In this document: one piece after another, positions 1 through 14,254 of the stretch | How positions within the stretch are numbered: position 1 is the first letter of the stretch | Layout: each line of letters starts with the position of its first letter | Assembly (NCBI GenBank): GCA_013265495.1 | Contig: MU057521.1 | Span: 1,996,335-2,060,334 of the forward strand | Length of the DNA stretch: 64,000 nucleotides | Reading direction: 5' to 3' | DNA from: Vicugna vicugna | Taxonomy: Eukaryota | The notes under the pieces: generated by a model | Database searches by the model: none | What the model was told of the DNA's origin: nothing | Seen by the model: the letters and a program-made list of their open reading frames with translations, nothing else | Made by a program: the position numbers and the translations under genes

Positions 1-3000
1 GCTAACCAGGAAAGAAAAAAAAAAAGGAAAGAAAGAAACTGTCTGGACTTGCACAGTTCCAAAAACCACTGAATGTTTTCTTTTTTTTTCCCACCTTATT
101 AAGCATTTGTTTCTTATCAAGGAGGATTCATTTCCCACCTGTGTCTTTTACTTTCTTGAAATACATATAAAGTTAATGTTTACTTTCCACCCACTGAAAG
201 CTTGTTTAAGTTACTCTGTCTTTAGGTTTTATTTTCAGGAGCCCCAATTTGTTTGGCCAGTGTCAGCAGGAGAGAAGGCTTCCTTTTGAGCACAGAAAAC
301 TCTCGACTATTTAGAATGTTTGCTTGGGAGATAAAGTGATGCCTGGCGGTTTTTCTGCTTCATAACAATTCCCAACATGACTGGGCAAAAACTAAAATGT
401 GCTTGTACTGAATTCCATCTTTCTCTGATGAGTAAGCCTCATAAATGGGATCAGCATAATCAATGCTAGGTTTTTTCAGTAGTCCAACGTAATCTGAAAC
501 TTCCAAATGTTTGTATTATAAATTAGTACGTATATTCCAAATATGAGTTCTGGAAAGGAGATAATATGAGATGGTCTCTTTGAGTTGTACCAGTCTCATT
601 CTTCGCGCAAAGAATCTGACTCCAACTCCAGTGAAGATCGTATCTTCAAGGGGATCGCCACAAGGCGCCGTCCTGACAGCACACCTGTAGCATTCCCTGG
701 ACTTCAGCAAAAACTGCAGGATGGGAATAAAAAGACAGCGGGGACGAGGCCTTCCAAGGGTCATGGGGAACTTGGGCAGAGATGAAACGTACAGGAGCAG
801 AATTCTAAGCTCCTGAGGCTCGGTCTGCCTGTACCTGTACCTGGGGTCCCTGGCTGCTGAGTGCTTGGACCCAAAGAGCATTTGGTTGCAAGTCTGATTC
901 CTGATTCTCTTGGAAGTCCAAGCACATACAGTGGGAAAGTCTGATCTGATCCTCTGCTTTCAAGCACTTAACATCATTTTCCCATTTGACTGATGGCACA
1001 GCAGAGGTCCACAAGAGCCAGGTGACACAGAGACAGAGCAGTGTAAGGGCAGCACCTGTCACCTTTCCCAGCTCCATAAATAAGGGCCGGATCTTTTCTG
1101 TAGTATGTGGTACTGGTCACAAAGGAAACGGGATGACAATGTGAACTGCTTGATCCAGACCATTACTTCTAACAAACGAAACAAACTCAGTGATACTGCG
1201 GGCTTAGAGCCCCTTCCTCCTCGATGGACACTGGACTGTACTCAGGAGCACAATAGCCATGGACTCAACTCTCTGCTTCGAATTGAAAAGCCACGTTTGA
1301 TTCATTCAACTGTCATTTGTTCAGTTCTTCAAAAATCAAAATGGTCTAGTGTGAATCCTGAAAGTTGAGAATATGGACTCAGAGTGATGCCACTTGCTAG
1401 CCAGCCTAGGTGGTGTGGTTTTAAGAGACTGGACTTCCTTTTCTCACTTTGCAGCTGACTTGCTGAGTAAACTTGGGCTCCTTGCTTCTTAACCTTGGCC
1501 TGCCCTGGATTTCCCCCGCGTGAAAAACGTGGGAAGACAAGGTCTAACGACTTCTCTGGGATGTTGTGAAGATCACTTAATGTTTTGAACCACACCATCC
1601 TAGGCGGTGCCATGTGTTACATGTTACCATTATTACAACTGTCTCTGGTCAGTTACAGCTACACACACGAACATTTCTTAGCAAAAAAGAAAAAAAAAAC
1701 GGTGAGGAATTAATTCTGTTCTTACTTGGGGGTATTTCACAAAATGTCATATTAAAAACATTAACGTTCTGAAAACTAAATTCAGTTGCGTGTGGCAACA
1801 GAAGGTACTAAAACCTCGCCATGGTGGTACCCCAACCTAGAAGTGCCTCCCGGACAGAAAGAACTTCACTGGATGATTAATTAATCACATATATTCAGTG
1901 AGACAAATAGTAGTCTCAGTCTGTTTTGGATTTAGTTTGGTTTAAGAACACTATAAAAGAGCTGTCATTGTGCAAGTGTCAAATGCTCAAGTTTGCCAGT
2001 TATAGAACCTCAGCTACAAAATAACCCTGGGAGAATGTATATATACGGGCTGATACTGCTTTGTGACCACTTTAAGGAAAAAGAAATGAACACAGAGTTG
2101 GGGTGACTTACTCAGGGGCTACATACACGTGCTAGATCTGTACACATGGACTTGAATCCCTTTCACCTGTGTGCTTTCATGCCCGACACCCACATTTATG
2201 AGCCAGCACTGGTAGCCTAGACTAGGGGTTCACGGTTAGGGACACAGAGGTCAATTTATAGCTTGGGGTCACAAAGCAGGGTGAATAACCTTCCTACCCC
2301 ACATGAAGTCTGCCCCCTTGTCTTGAGTGTCCTCCACAGCAGGCGCTGATGAGCCAACCCAACCAGCCAAGAGTAAGTGGAGAAATTAACAGTCACATTC
2401 GACATCCATTAAAACCAAACATGTGTCCACAAAACAAGGTTGATCTAGGACACCCTCCATCCAGTCTGTTTTTGCCAGTCTACACAAAAATGGGAAAAAC
2501 ACAGGGAAGGTAGTGATTTTTTTAAAAGTTAAATTCACTCCATTTTAAAATAGTGTAATTTATTCTAAAATTATGTCCTTCCTATTTTTGGTGTTACATG
2601 CTTTTTATTTTACCAGTAAGAGTAAACAGTAGTTGATTTCTTAATATCTCAACTTGGCAAAATAAGAAGTTAGCACCTCTATATTGGTCCGTGAATTAAA
2701 AAAAACAAAACAAAAATAAAAGAGCTGAAATACAAAAATTTGGCTAGCTCTGCCTGGGAATGAGTTACCTGCTGTTAGAAACTCATAAAGAGGAGAGACC
2801 TATAGGGAGCATGTCATCAAACGTTCTCTAATAAGACACAACGCTTCATTTCCACATGGAACGCAAAAGGATTTCAAGCTATAGTAATAAATGGCGTCTC
2901 CAAACTCAGCTAGAAAAGCATGATGCCGTCTAAAATCGAATGAAATGTAGATTCTTAAATGCTACAAAACATACATTTATATTGCCATTCTTCACAAGGT

Positions 3001-3512
3001 AGAAAGCATTTTAATTAAAACCCAGAGGGCATGCAAAGACAATATAATCCAGTAGACACAGGCGAAACAGTAAAGGATAGAAACCCTGTTTACTGGCTTT
3101 CCACTTGTAGGCCCTCTGTATAAAAGATACAGATAAACATCAATTCTGTATCTGCGGACAGACGGCAAAGGATTTAACCATCCAGTTAACTCAAGAACCC
3201 AGGTGTCACCAACCATGGCACTAGCTGACAGAGGTGGGGATGTGGGAGAGGGGAGGGGAGTCAGAAGGCCTAATACTCTCAGTTTTTTAATGGGTACTTG
3301 AGTGGTGTTCCTTATGGTTAAGGGAATAAGAAATGAAATTTTCAAGAAGGTGTTTGAGATGTGAGCAACGTCCTTGAAGAGGACCAGGAAGGGTGACCTC
3401 TCCACGGAGGGAAGGAGCTCGGGGGAGAAATGGGGCTGAATAAGGGAGAGAAGTGCCATGTACCCGGGAACGAAGTCAACAAAACAAATGTTTATAAACT
3501 GAGAAAGAGTGA

Positions 3513-3970
3513 CGTTAGGGGTTGAACTGTGCCCCCAAAGATACGTTCCAGTTCTAACCCCGGTACCTGCGAATGTGACCTTTTTTGGACACGAGTTCTT
3601 CACAGATGTAATCAAGTTTAGAGGAGGTCATCGGAGTGGCCTCTCATCCAATGACTGTTGTCTTCATAAGTGGGAAACACCACACGAAGGCAGAAACACA
3701 GGGAGAACGTTCCCAACCACACAGGCCGAGACTGGAACGAGGCAGCTGCCCACCAAGGTCCACGAAGGATGGACAGCCACCACCTGAGGCTGGAAGACAG
3801 AGAACAGCTCCCTCCCGTCTCCACGCCTGGAGCCTTCAGAGGGAGCGTGGCCCTGCCGGCTCCTCGATGTTGGACTTCCAGTCTCCAGAACCAGGAGAGA
3901 ATAAACGCCTATGCTGTGAAGCCACCCTGTCTGTGGTACTTAGTTACAGCTGCCCTAGGGCCTCAGTCCA
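3513..3970 (+). mobile_element. MaLR solo LTR (MLT1 family)
   Basis: Typical motifs GTTGAACTGTGCCCCCAAA, GAATGTGACCTT, GATGTAATCAAGTT, GACTTCCAGTCTCCAGAAC, AATAAA, GTGGTACTTAGTTACAGC. Confidence 0.85.
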
Positions 3971-5758
3971 GCTGGTATATTTACGTTATTTAAAGAGATG
4001 AAGATAATCACCCAAAGAACTTCTTAAAAGCGTGGGAGGGATAAAGGCATTGCCTCTGGGAAGTGGGTCTAAGGGAGCAGAGGGGCAGCATCTGGGCTGT
4101 TACTGTGTATTAAACACCTTTTGCACTATTTGGCTTTTTAACCACACGCATGTGTTACTTTGATCTTGAAAAGGCATAAATAAAATATCCACGGGATGGC
4201 ATCAGAGCAAAACCTGGTCAGGTTTCTCTGTAGACTGATGGCCATGTCCTCCGCCCGGCCTCCTGCCTCGCCCCCACCCTTGCAGCGGACACTCCCCGGA
4301 CACTGTCCCCGTCTGTCCTCAGGGACTCACAGCGGCTGAATGTCTGTGCACATGTGCACTCACATGCTTGCCAGCCCCCACTCAAGTATTTTTGGACTTT
4401 TTGTGGGTTTGTATCATCGATGACAGTAATTGTGCCCATTGACTTGGATGATTAAGCATTGACTACAGTGAAAACAGAGAACCTCAGGGAGCTCGTCACT
4501 GGCCTTTTTTGTGGATTAACACTCAAAACAATGCCTGACAAAGATTTCAGTGATTAGGCTACACGGTATCAGAAAACCTCACAATAGAGCTTAATCATAA
4601 TCGTTTGCTCATCCGATTTTATTTAACCCACAAAAAGAAATGCTGAGTGATCCCCGGTGGCCTGGATCAAGTTGGATCTGTGATGCGGGCGGTGACTTTC
4701 CCGGATGGACGGACGGGAGAGGTCCCATGCCCTCTGCTCGCTCTAAGAAGAATGGTCACATTGAGCCCAGCAGCCTGTGATGTTGTGGCAAAATGTGTAG
4801 TCACCTCCCACATGAACAGGCCTATTGATGACCGTAGAACCTAGAGTGAGACCAGGACAGCGGGGCAGTGTTCCCAGCTCGCACTGGGAGGGAAACAAGG
4901 CAGAAGACAGATGCGGTGTGTGTGCACCAGAGGCCCCCGCGCACGTCCACGTGCACACGGCTCCCGCACAGCTGGGGAGCACCCTGTCATGTGCTGGCCC
5001 TGAGGCTGTGCCAGGTGGATGAACACCCAATGAAATGTCTCCCCGCCATCACGCAGGGGAGCTCGCAGGGAGCAGAACAAAGGGGCAGCATCTCAGCAGG
5101 ACTAGGATCCTGACTGCAGTCAATGCACCTCCCCCGGGGAGGTGGGGACGGCTTTTCTTTTCATCCCAGTGTTCAGTTTCCGGTAACACGTGCCAGCCAC
5201 CCAGGAGGTTACCTTCCGGGCCTTCCTGGCTCTCAGACATCCAGACCTAGCGGATGTGGTCCCTTCCACATTGCAGGTGGCAGGGTCACCCCCAACAGAC
5301 TTCCCAAGACACAGATGAATTGTGCTCATGAGAGATCAAGTCACAGTTTGCAAAGCCACTGCCTGTGTGACTCTATACTGAGCAGAAGGAATAGAAGGGC
5401 TCAATTTATATTATGTGACCTTTTGCGGAGCTCTTCCTCCAGCGCCGCGTACAGAAGAGAGGGTGGGTCCCTTCGAAGGGACCCCATTCAAGCCCACACA
5501 TCTGCCTTTTCCCCCTTCTTGCTTTTAAAACATCACTTTCTCAGCATATCGTAATGAAGACCAAACCCTGAGACACAGATGTTCCAGAAACCTGAGATAT
5601 TAGATGTGTTTTGATCACATCTGGCCCTTTCTCATCTGCTTTGCTCTTGGTCACATCAGCACGGCCAGAAACCAATTCTGTCTTTTCAGTTATGGCGTAA
5701 GCCTAACAAGTCTGTCCCTAGAGCACCTAACCATGGACTGTCTCCCTTTCCTCATCCT

Positions 5759-5793
<35 letters not shown>

Positions 5794-5812
5794 GCAACGC
5801 GCGCGCGCGCGC
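5759..5812. repeat. Compound microsatellite (AC)14 ... (CG)7
   Basis: (AC)14 at 5759-5786; perfect CG alternation at 5798-5812. Confidence 0.95.
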
Positions 5813-8800
5813 ACATGCACGCAGCAACGCATCAAGTGAGGACACGGGCAGAGTAACTGAGAAAATGCCAACACCCTTCAGACAGCCAAGCTCTGGATTC
5901 ATTAGGCAAACTGTTTAAGAGGCACATGATCGATAGCTTCACAATCTTGTTATGAAAAGAGATTTTCGTAGCTATTGTTCTACAGAACTTCCTTACACAA
6001 TAGGGTACCCCTGTGAGGAGCTGCCTCGTTCAGGAGCCAGGCTCAGCCCGGTCAGCAGGAGAGGGTGATGGCACTGGCCCCGAAGGCACAACCAAACTGG
6101 GCTGGTTCCTTAATCCCTAGGAATGAAAACAACCTAGCTTCTTAAGGATCAGACTTACAACCAACGAGGCTCCACATTATGTAGAACTCACCAGGGAAAA
6201 GGTGACTATTTCTTAAAGATATCCAGCCAACTGATTTTCAAAATTAAAAGAAAAATGGGCCAAGTACTGCCTATCTCCTCCCGTTCCCCTGACAGATGAT
6301 GGGGACTGATGAACCAGGAGAAATTAGAGGAACAATATAACTGTATAAACAAGAAGAAAGAAAATGAAAAAGAAAAATAAACATGAGTTGGATCAGGGGC
6401 AAAAAAAAAAGGCAAAACAAGCAGAAATGATCTTTTGATAAGAACAGTATTATATAACCCAGCGCCTCTAAAGTGGAAAGCCACTTTGCCCTACAAATCA
6501 CTTTTCCACAAAGAATTAAAAGAAGCAGAATGAACACAAAAATCAATTAAGGTCCGGAGAAGGGTTCCATTCCCCCTCCAGCGGCTCGTTCTTATCCAAA
6601 CACTAATGCAGGTACTGTCAGGCTGCCTAGTAAAGGATATTTTTTGTTATCACTTGAGCTAGTCTATCCGGAGAGTGATGTTCCCATTTAAGTTTGCAAG
6701 GAAAGGTTAAATAGGAGTAGTTCTTCCCTTAGAAAATGACAGTGTATACCAGTGCTTAAGGCTCCTGGGGCCTCCATGGTGTATCGGCTTCCACGGCGCC
6801 CTCCTGGCTGCACCAAGGACCAGCGGCTGGCGTGTGGCTAAGACACAGCCTCTTCCTCCAAGGGCGAAAGCAACGCCATGGTTCCAACAATTCCGGACAG
6901 GAACAAGGTAGACTTGGAGAACACCAGCGCTGCGCTCGGCCCACAGCAAGCATGAAATCAAAACTCACTGAAGGCATGAGGGGCGAGAAACACCTCTCTG
7001 ACCCGAAGTGATAAAACTCCAGAGCCAGGGAGCTCCTTGTATGCGCTACAGGACAGCCACGCAGTGCAGTCTCACCTCAAACTCTATTTGCCAAACAAGT
7101 CAGAAGAAGCGATCGCCTTGAAACTTACACAGAAATGTACACATTCTTGGGGAGTGGATCACATGTTTATTATTCTATCTATGCCATTTGGAATGGGGTG
7201 ATACATTTTCTGAAAAATAAATGAAAGTGTCCTACTTGGTCTTACAAAACTGAATTGTTGTAATATTGGGTTTGCCTACAGATGAGAGGGCATACACTTA
7301 CCTTCTTTGGAGCAAAAGTACAAAGACTCTGTCCAAATACCAAATAAAGGGAAATGAACAGAAGTGCTTTGGTGTTATGGGTATTTGTTACCAATTAGGT
7401 TGTTGCTGATCTGGCTGATGGACCCGAGGATGTGCAGATGAGGTCGGTGACAATAAAAAACTGGAGACAGGGAGCTCACGCCAGGGTCACAACTCAACCT
7501 CCTGTTTAAATGGCGGATTTTGACCAAATTAGGCCTTCTTGGACCTCCAGGGTAGCCCTTCTGCACTTCCAGGAAGGAGGTGGCTAAGTGGCTATTTTGG
7601 TCTGTCTGCCCATCTGGTCCCTTTGTATCTGGCTGGCTCACGGTCAGGCCAGCAGATTAGGTGCCGCTGCTCTGAGCAGCCGTCCATCCCACTAGGACAC
7701 GGGCCACTCATGACTCAGAAGAGACCCAACAAGACGTCCCGGAGGAGGCCCCCCCACCCCCACCACGCAAGTGCAATTCCAGGCGGTGGGGTCCGGGGCA
7801 CCCGGTCATTTACAAAGGGGAAGGGACATCAGAACTCGACGGCAGAACAGGCACCGGACTGTGGTCCCCAAATAAAGAAACTCACATCAACAGGGAGTAT
7901 AAAAATGTTATTTAGAGCTTCTGTTCTCAGATGTTTGACACAAAGGAGAGACTGTTGCGCCAGGGAACAAAGTGATCCAGTCTTCACAAAGCAGGAATTC
8001 TCCCGCCGCACATTTTGTTTCCAAAACACTGAGGACTACAGCAAGTTTTCCAGTTGGGGTAAAGAAGCTACTTCTGGAAGCAAGAGAGGAGATAACTGAG
8101 GACTTTCACGGAGGGGCTTAAAGCCTTCCAAGAAAATGCACAGTGGGTGTCAGCATTTCGGGGCGGCCAGTGCGGATGGTGAGCAGACTGATCCCCAAAT
8201 ATGTGGAATGCGTATGGGCTGGGGGAAATGTGGGCTGAGGGTTTTTAAAGCGACAGAACCTTCTAGTAACATACCAAAGGGACCCCGAGTGTTTTTTCAA
8301 AGTTAACCCTTTGAGCCCAGGGTTTCAGGTGGTGCCAGTGTAATCGTACTTCCACTGGGCTCGCAGCCAGGAAGGAACAAGCAGAGCTTCTTTCCTACAT
8401 ATTTTTAAAACCTGTTTTGTTACCTGCAGGGGAGTCAGGTGGTAAGGAGCCTTTTTTTAATCAGGGTGGGAGCCAGGGAGCAGGACGAGGGAGGGGGGTG
8501 ACCTTTCTCTCTTGAATGTTTGGCATCTGAGCTGCAGCACAGAACTTCAAGCCCAAATCCCCAACCAGAAACTCAAGGCTGTCAACCCATTTCTCTTCTT
8601 TTTATGTCATTATTTGTGTGTTTTCACTGAAAACAGTCACATCGCCGTTTATCTCCCTCTCGTCTTCACCAGACTGTACGTTTCTGGAAGGAAATGCAGT
8701 ATGGCCAAAGACCTGGGGATTTGGAACCAGGTTCACCATCTTAATTCAGCTCTGCCATCACTATGGGATCAATGAGAACTACTCTTCAATTCAACTTCTT

Positions 8801-10417
8801 TACTCATTAAATCAGAATAAAGATGCCCTAGTTTGGGGATTGTTGCAAGTCTCAAATGTAAAATTATAAGCAACATGCTCTACACATAGATGGTCCTCCC
8901 TTTGAGCTCAGGGGCTGTGACTTAATTCACCTTGGTATCCAACCCCCACAGCACTTTGACCTTGAACCCTCTCCCTGGCCGTGTGCTAGCACGATTCGGA
9001 TTAGTCATGATTAACATTTGATACGCCTCACCATAAAACTCGACACTTGTGCTCCAAGCATTGTTTTACTAATGGCAAGGATAGTGGCAAAACCCAATGT
9101 GAGGGGACCTTCCTGTTTTGCTGTATCTCCTACCACTGGAACGTCAAGGGGACACTGTTAAAATTAAGTATACAAAGGAGATACTTAAAGAGGCAAAGAG
9201 GGAGTTAAAGAGAGAGAGAGAGATGAAAGCCAGGAAATGAGGGCTTCATTCTCAGCTCTGCCTCCAAGGTACCAGCGGCTTTGAACAGCCTGCCTCATCC
9301 GAAACCTTTTCTAAGGATTTAGCATCTAGGAGTTAGCATCTCTGACAACTAACTGCAATTTTAGTAAATAAATATTAACAGAAGCTGACATGATGGAACT
9401 TTTTAGGGTGATCGTCCCCTAAAAACTTACCACCTGGGATTAGCCCTTCTGTATGGTCCACGGGAACGGAGACCAAGCCAGCTGACTTATGGCTCTTACA
9501 ACCAAGACCTGCACCCCAGGCCTCTCACTTCTCCCCACCCACCTGGTCACAGTCTCTTCTGGGCACGTAGCATGAGGAGTACACCACAGTGAGTCCTGTC
9601 CGTGTGTGACAGACAACAGGGCAAGGCATCGCCCGCAGAGTCACAGCAGGGGGAGAGGCCACTGTGCACACAGCCAGTGAAGACTGTCCACAGAGGGGAA
9701 GGCACAGAGGCCAGGGACCTACAGGGCAGGGGCTGCAAGGTGGCTCAGAGGAAGACCTCGGACTCTCACTGATGATCCGTGGAAAGAAACAAAGCTTCAA
9801 GAGCCGGCAAGGCGCCAGGGCTGGGGGAACAGCTGCGTGGCAAGTGGGGACGCCGTGCAGAAGCACCTGTGGCACTCCAGGTGGCTCCAGCCAGAACTCC
9901 AGGCCTCTCCCTCTTGAATCAAAACAAACAGTGAAGCAATCAAAATGAGCACTCATGCACTTCCAGCAGAGCCCCGGATGGACGCAGGGTGGGAGAGGGG
10001 CCGGGCGGGGCAGGGCATGGCAAGAGGAATGCAGAGGAAAGAGAAGAAAGGGCTTCTGTGCTCGTGCAACTGTTATGGAAGCTGGAGAGAAATAATAACA
10101 CCGTAAAGGCAGCCATCGGTAATCAAACACAAAACACTTCCCTGTGTTGCTGCATTTGATTGTCAGAGTAACCCTAGGATGCAGAGCTTAATAACCCATT
10201 TAAAGATGTCACTCAAAGATATAGAACTAGTCAGAGATGAAACCGGGGCTAAAAGTGAGGTCAGTCTGACTCCATAATCTGTTTCCAAGCTCTTATACTC
10301 TGCTGATTCCCTCTCTGAAGCAACTTTAGGCCTACATGCACGCACGTGGAGGGGAACTGTTATCATCGAGGCGTGGGGCAGCCGGCCAGCCTCCCTGTGA
10401 CTCAAACGCCACAGGCT

Positions 10418-11360
10418 GTAAAAGAAAAAAAGTGATAAATCTGATTACATGAAAATAAAAATTTTCTGCCTGGGGAAAATACAGCATAAACCAAGACAAA
10501 AGACAAATGACAAACCAGAGAACGACTGGGTACATAAATCACTGACAAAGGCTAATTTCATTCATATATAAGGAATGCCTGTAAATCCATATGGAAAGAT
10601 CCAACAAAACCAAATGGGCAGCCAGCTGACAAAAAAAATCAAAATAGTTCACAAACATTGAGAGATACTAAACTTTATCACAGTAGGAGAAATACAGATG
10701 AAACAATGTGTTTGGATTGGTGAACATCAAAATGTTTGATTCTACACGCATTGGTGAGGGCGTGAGGAAAGAGGCACTGTCATAAATTAATAATGAGAGA
10801 CTAAATGGATACATCCGCTAGGAAGGCAGTCCGGCACTATCTATCAAAATTATAAACGTCCTTCCCCTCTGACCCAAAATTCCAATTCCAGGATTATATC
10901 CTGCAGATAAATTCACCCGCGTGCAAAATGATGCCCGTAGAAAGCCAATCTTTGCAGCAATGTTTGGAGCAGCCAGTCTGAGAACCATGGAAATAGCCAA
11001 CAAAAGGAGACGGATTAAATAAATTATGGCATCTCCCTATAATGGCCTATTATTTGGCCATAAAAGAGGAGAGGAAGCTCTTAATGTGTTGATATGGAGC
11101 AAGCCCCAAGGAATATCGCTAAGCAAACAAAGCAAAGTAAGAACGGCAAGCAGAATACGCTGTCGCAAATGTCAAAACAAAATTCTATGGCGTAGACATA
11201 TGTATTTGTGTGCTCCCCCTGCAAAGACAAAGAGACTGGTAACACTAGGTGCTTCCAAGGAGACGGGAGGTCAGTGACTGGAAATACAGGGGTGGGAGGG
11301 AGACTTCCTTGTCATGGTATGTTTTGTGTCTTTTGAATTTATGTACTGATGCCTATTCAA
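10418..11360 (+). mobile_element. Old L1 (L1ME-type) 3' fragment
   Basis: A-rich degenerate ORF2 end/3' UTR motifs (AAAAGACAAATGACAAAC, GACCCAAAATTCCA..TCCAGGA, TAAATAAATTATGG). Confidence 0.7.
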
Positions 11361-11489
11361 AAAAACAAGTTATATAGACACGTATAGGTATATAGTGCAT
11401 ACAAATCAAAATCGAGTGCCAAACAGTGGTGAAAGCTGCCTTCTGAGAAAAACTGGGCTAATGAAAAAGGTCCTTCATCACTCAAAGAA

Positions 11490-11610
11490 AGTCTCATCCA
11501 TAAAATGGGGATAATAATCCTTCCTTCCTCTTGTGGTTCTGAGAAGTAAATAATGAATATAATATAAAGCCCTCAGACCCGTGCCTGGCACACAGCAAAT
11601 GTCCACAAGT
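11490..11610 (+). mobile_element. MIR SINE 3' half
   Basis: CTCATCCATAAAATGGGGATAATAAT...TAAAGCCCTCAGACCCGTGCCTGGCACACAG. Confidence 0.75.
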
Positions 11611-11619
11611 GTTTGTTAC

Positions 11620-12350
11620 ATAAGTGACATCTAAGCTGAGATCAGAAACATCAGTAGGAATTAGACCAAGAAGAGGGAAGCAGGGGCAAGCCAAATGTGC
11701 CACTCAGCAGCAACAGCACGTGCAAAGGTCAGGGGGTAGGAAAGCGCACTGCTGTGCCGAGGGCATCCTGGGAGGAGGGGGTAGAGAAGAGACAGAGCTG
11801 AAGGAGTGAGCATGGACCAGTCTGGACAGTTTCTCTGCAGGGGACAGACAGCAAGTGGAGCATTTCAGGCAGGGGAATTCCGTGATTGGACAGGCTTTCC
11901 TAGAAAGAGTTCTCTGGCAACATTCTGGAGGACAAGTTGGAGAGAGGCACAAACTGGGTGGCAGAAAAGCCACTTAAAGACTGTTATAGCAATCCAAGAA
12001 GAAATGATGAGGCTGTGAGCCAAAACGACGGCAGTGGGGAAGTAAGGGAGGAAGGGCTTGGGAGACACAAGGAGGCAGAATCACCGGACTTGGCGACCTG
12101 GTCGCGAGAAGATGGAACCAGGCATCATTCCCAAAGTTCTGACTTGGCTTATGTGAAAGACCAAGATGTAACTCACTGAGATAAAAACTTCAGAAAAGGA
12201 GCTCGTTGGGGATGGAGGTAAATGTCTCCTACATAATCCATAGTTAGCTACAGGTATCTAAACCTCAAATGATGGGCTCGGGCTGGAAACACAGCTTCGG
12301 GTGGTAGCAGACAAATCTGTAATATTTAAAAGCTCTGGATGATGGTTAAG
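11620..12350 (-). mobile_element. L2 LINE fragment
   Basis: GACATCTAAGCTGAGA, TGCAAAGG, GACTGTTATAGCAATCCAAG..GAAATGATGAGG resemble antisense L2. Confidence 0.6.
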
Positions 12351-12439
12351 GCAGCAGCCACCAAGTGGCAATGGTCCCTCTGGTCCAAGTAAGAGACTTT
12401 TGAGAAGAGACATTACCTGTGATGCAGGTAAGACCTATG

Positions 12440-12521
12440 CTCCTCCTCTCTTTTCCTCTCCTCCCCCCCCTTATCCTCCCTCCTCTCACTTCTTCTCTCT
12501 TCCCTTTCCTCCTTCCTTCCT
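12440..12521. repeat. Polypyrimidine/polypurine low-complexity tract
   Basis: ~80 nt almost entirely C/T on the + strand. Confidence 0.85.
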
Positions 12522-12969
12522 AAAAATAGAATAAAAGCCCTCACAATAGGTTTCCTTAAATGCTTCACGTAAAGCAACCCATTTGTGACCAGTCCCAGCC
12601 AATCTGTGCTGCTGCCTTTGTTGCTGCCAACACTGCTGCCCTGCTTTTCTCTCTACACACAGCGGAAGCCACTAGGAAGCTGTCTCTGTCCTGTGGGTGC
12701 ATCTCCGCGTGACGAGGAGCATCCCTGAAGACCTCATTTTTCCACACGTCTGTCTCAACAGCTGCATGGAATAGGTGTTTCTTAGAAAGGGCATTCCGCG
12801 GTTTCCTCTCCCGCTGAGGGGGCTTCGGCAAAACCCGTCCCACGTAAAGACCACCTACCGAAGAGTCTTACTAGGAGATCTTAGAACGGACTTCTGAAAG
12901 AGCGTACAGTTTTCTACTAAAAATCGAGTCATGTTTAAGCAAGATTTCTGGAACAACTGAGTCAGGATT

Positions 12970-13120
12970 CCGGGGCCAGGATTTGAGAGTTGCCAACTCT
13001 GTCACTCACTCACTCAACAATCCCAAACTTCTCTCAGCTTCTGTTTCCTCACCTACAAAATTGGGATCAACTGCTAGACCACCTCCATGTCTCCTTCTGG
13101 CTCTAAAATTCTGTGAATCT
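12970..13120 (+). mobile_element. MIR3/MIR fragment
   Basis: CTTCTCTCAGCTTCTGTTTCCTCACCTACAAAAT...CCTTCTGGCTCTAAAATTCTGTGA. Confidence 0.65.
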
Positions 13121-14254
13121 AGATTTGAGGGAGGATTGAAATTGGTTTCATGACTGTGGAATGTTTCAACAATTCAAAAGTGCCATTAAACATTCAAGGC
13201 CACTTCATTTTTGGAGACCAGTTGATTTCCTGATTGGACAGAATAGAACTATTGCAACTGTGTCATTCACCGACTCGGTTACCGTGGCACACGTGCTCAT
13301 CCCAAAGGGAAACCCCAACTATTACAGCGCAGCAAGTGTGGCTCACTTCTCAGATTTCATACTTGCCAAAGAAGCCACCTCTTTGCCTGAAGAAACCACA
13401 GCTAGGCACTCTCAGGGGAGAGAAAATGATACACAAGGCATGGATTATTAATCAGTCTTTAACTATGTAAATTACAGGCTTGCCTTTTTCAAATGAATGT
13501 AAGATAGAAATTTCGGTCTACCAAGAAACGGAAGATGTATTTTCCCACTTGTAGAGATTTATGTGAGAACAAGCCAGGGATACACACAAGGAGACTCACC
13601 TGATAACAGACTCACTGGCTTCTCGCCCCCAGAGGGGTCAAGGGATTACCCTGATAAATTCAGTTATTACAACAAGGCAACAGTCAGTACAGCCACCAGA
13701 GATTTCCAGGTACAGTTCAGCACAAAGAGAAATATCAAGAGGAAGGTGGCCATTTTCTACCTAAAAGGGCATTTTTTTCATCATGTCTGTCAAAATGCAA
13801 TTTCCCTAGAATCTGTGTACTTTCAGTAAAAAGCAACATGTCAGAGTTTAATGGCCTTAAAATATTGGATCTTAAAAGATATCAGGTAATGCACCCTTAC
13901 AAATCAGAGCTTGATTAGATTAGTTTGAAATGCATGATTCTTAAAAACGATTTTAGTTGAAACCTGATTGCAGCAGCGGTGTGCTTCAGTAATCATATAA
14001 GGGAGAATATTAGGCATTTTCCAACATTTACGGCATAGAAACTGGCTGTCTAGTTTACTAGAAACCAGATATAATCTATTGGTGCTTTGAGGGGATGCAC
14101 AGATAATTTCCATCTTTGAAATTAACACACACACACACACACAGTGTTTGTCTTTTACTTTAAATTGTTCACTATTCCCAACATCAGTCAAAATTAGAGA
14201 AAAGACGAGGACAAATTAAACCATAAAGTGAGATGGCTGTGTCATCTATTATCT

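Noticed and set aside
585..785. Peptide ESDSNSSEDRIFKGI resembling the acidic tail of pogo/Tigger transposases
   Set aside because: Too short and low-complexity to support without a profile search.
2992..3615. 207-aa minus-strand ORF
   Set aside because: Starts inside an MLT1 LTR, non-coding composition, no known family.
9525..10130. 201-aa minus-strand ORF, and similar 150-195-aa ORFs at 7539, 19513 and 26214
   Set aside because: Pro/Cys/Leu/Arg-rich chance frames in GC-rich intron or repeats, with no recognisable homology.
11441..11545. Two further TTCTGAGAA motifs 96 bp apart
   Set aside because: One lies within a MIR and the spacing is not tetramer-like; single GAS motifs occur every few kb by chance.
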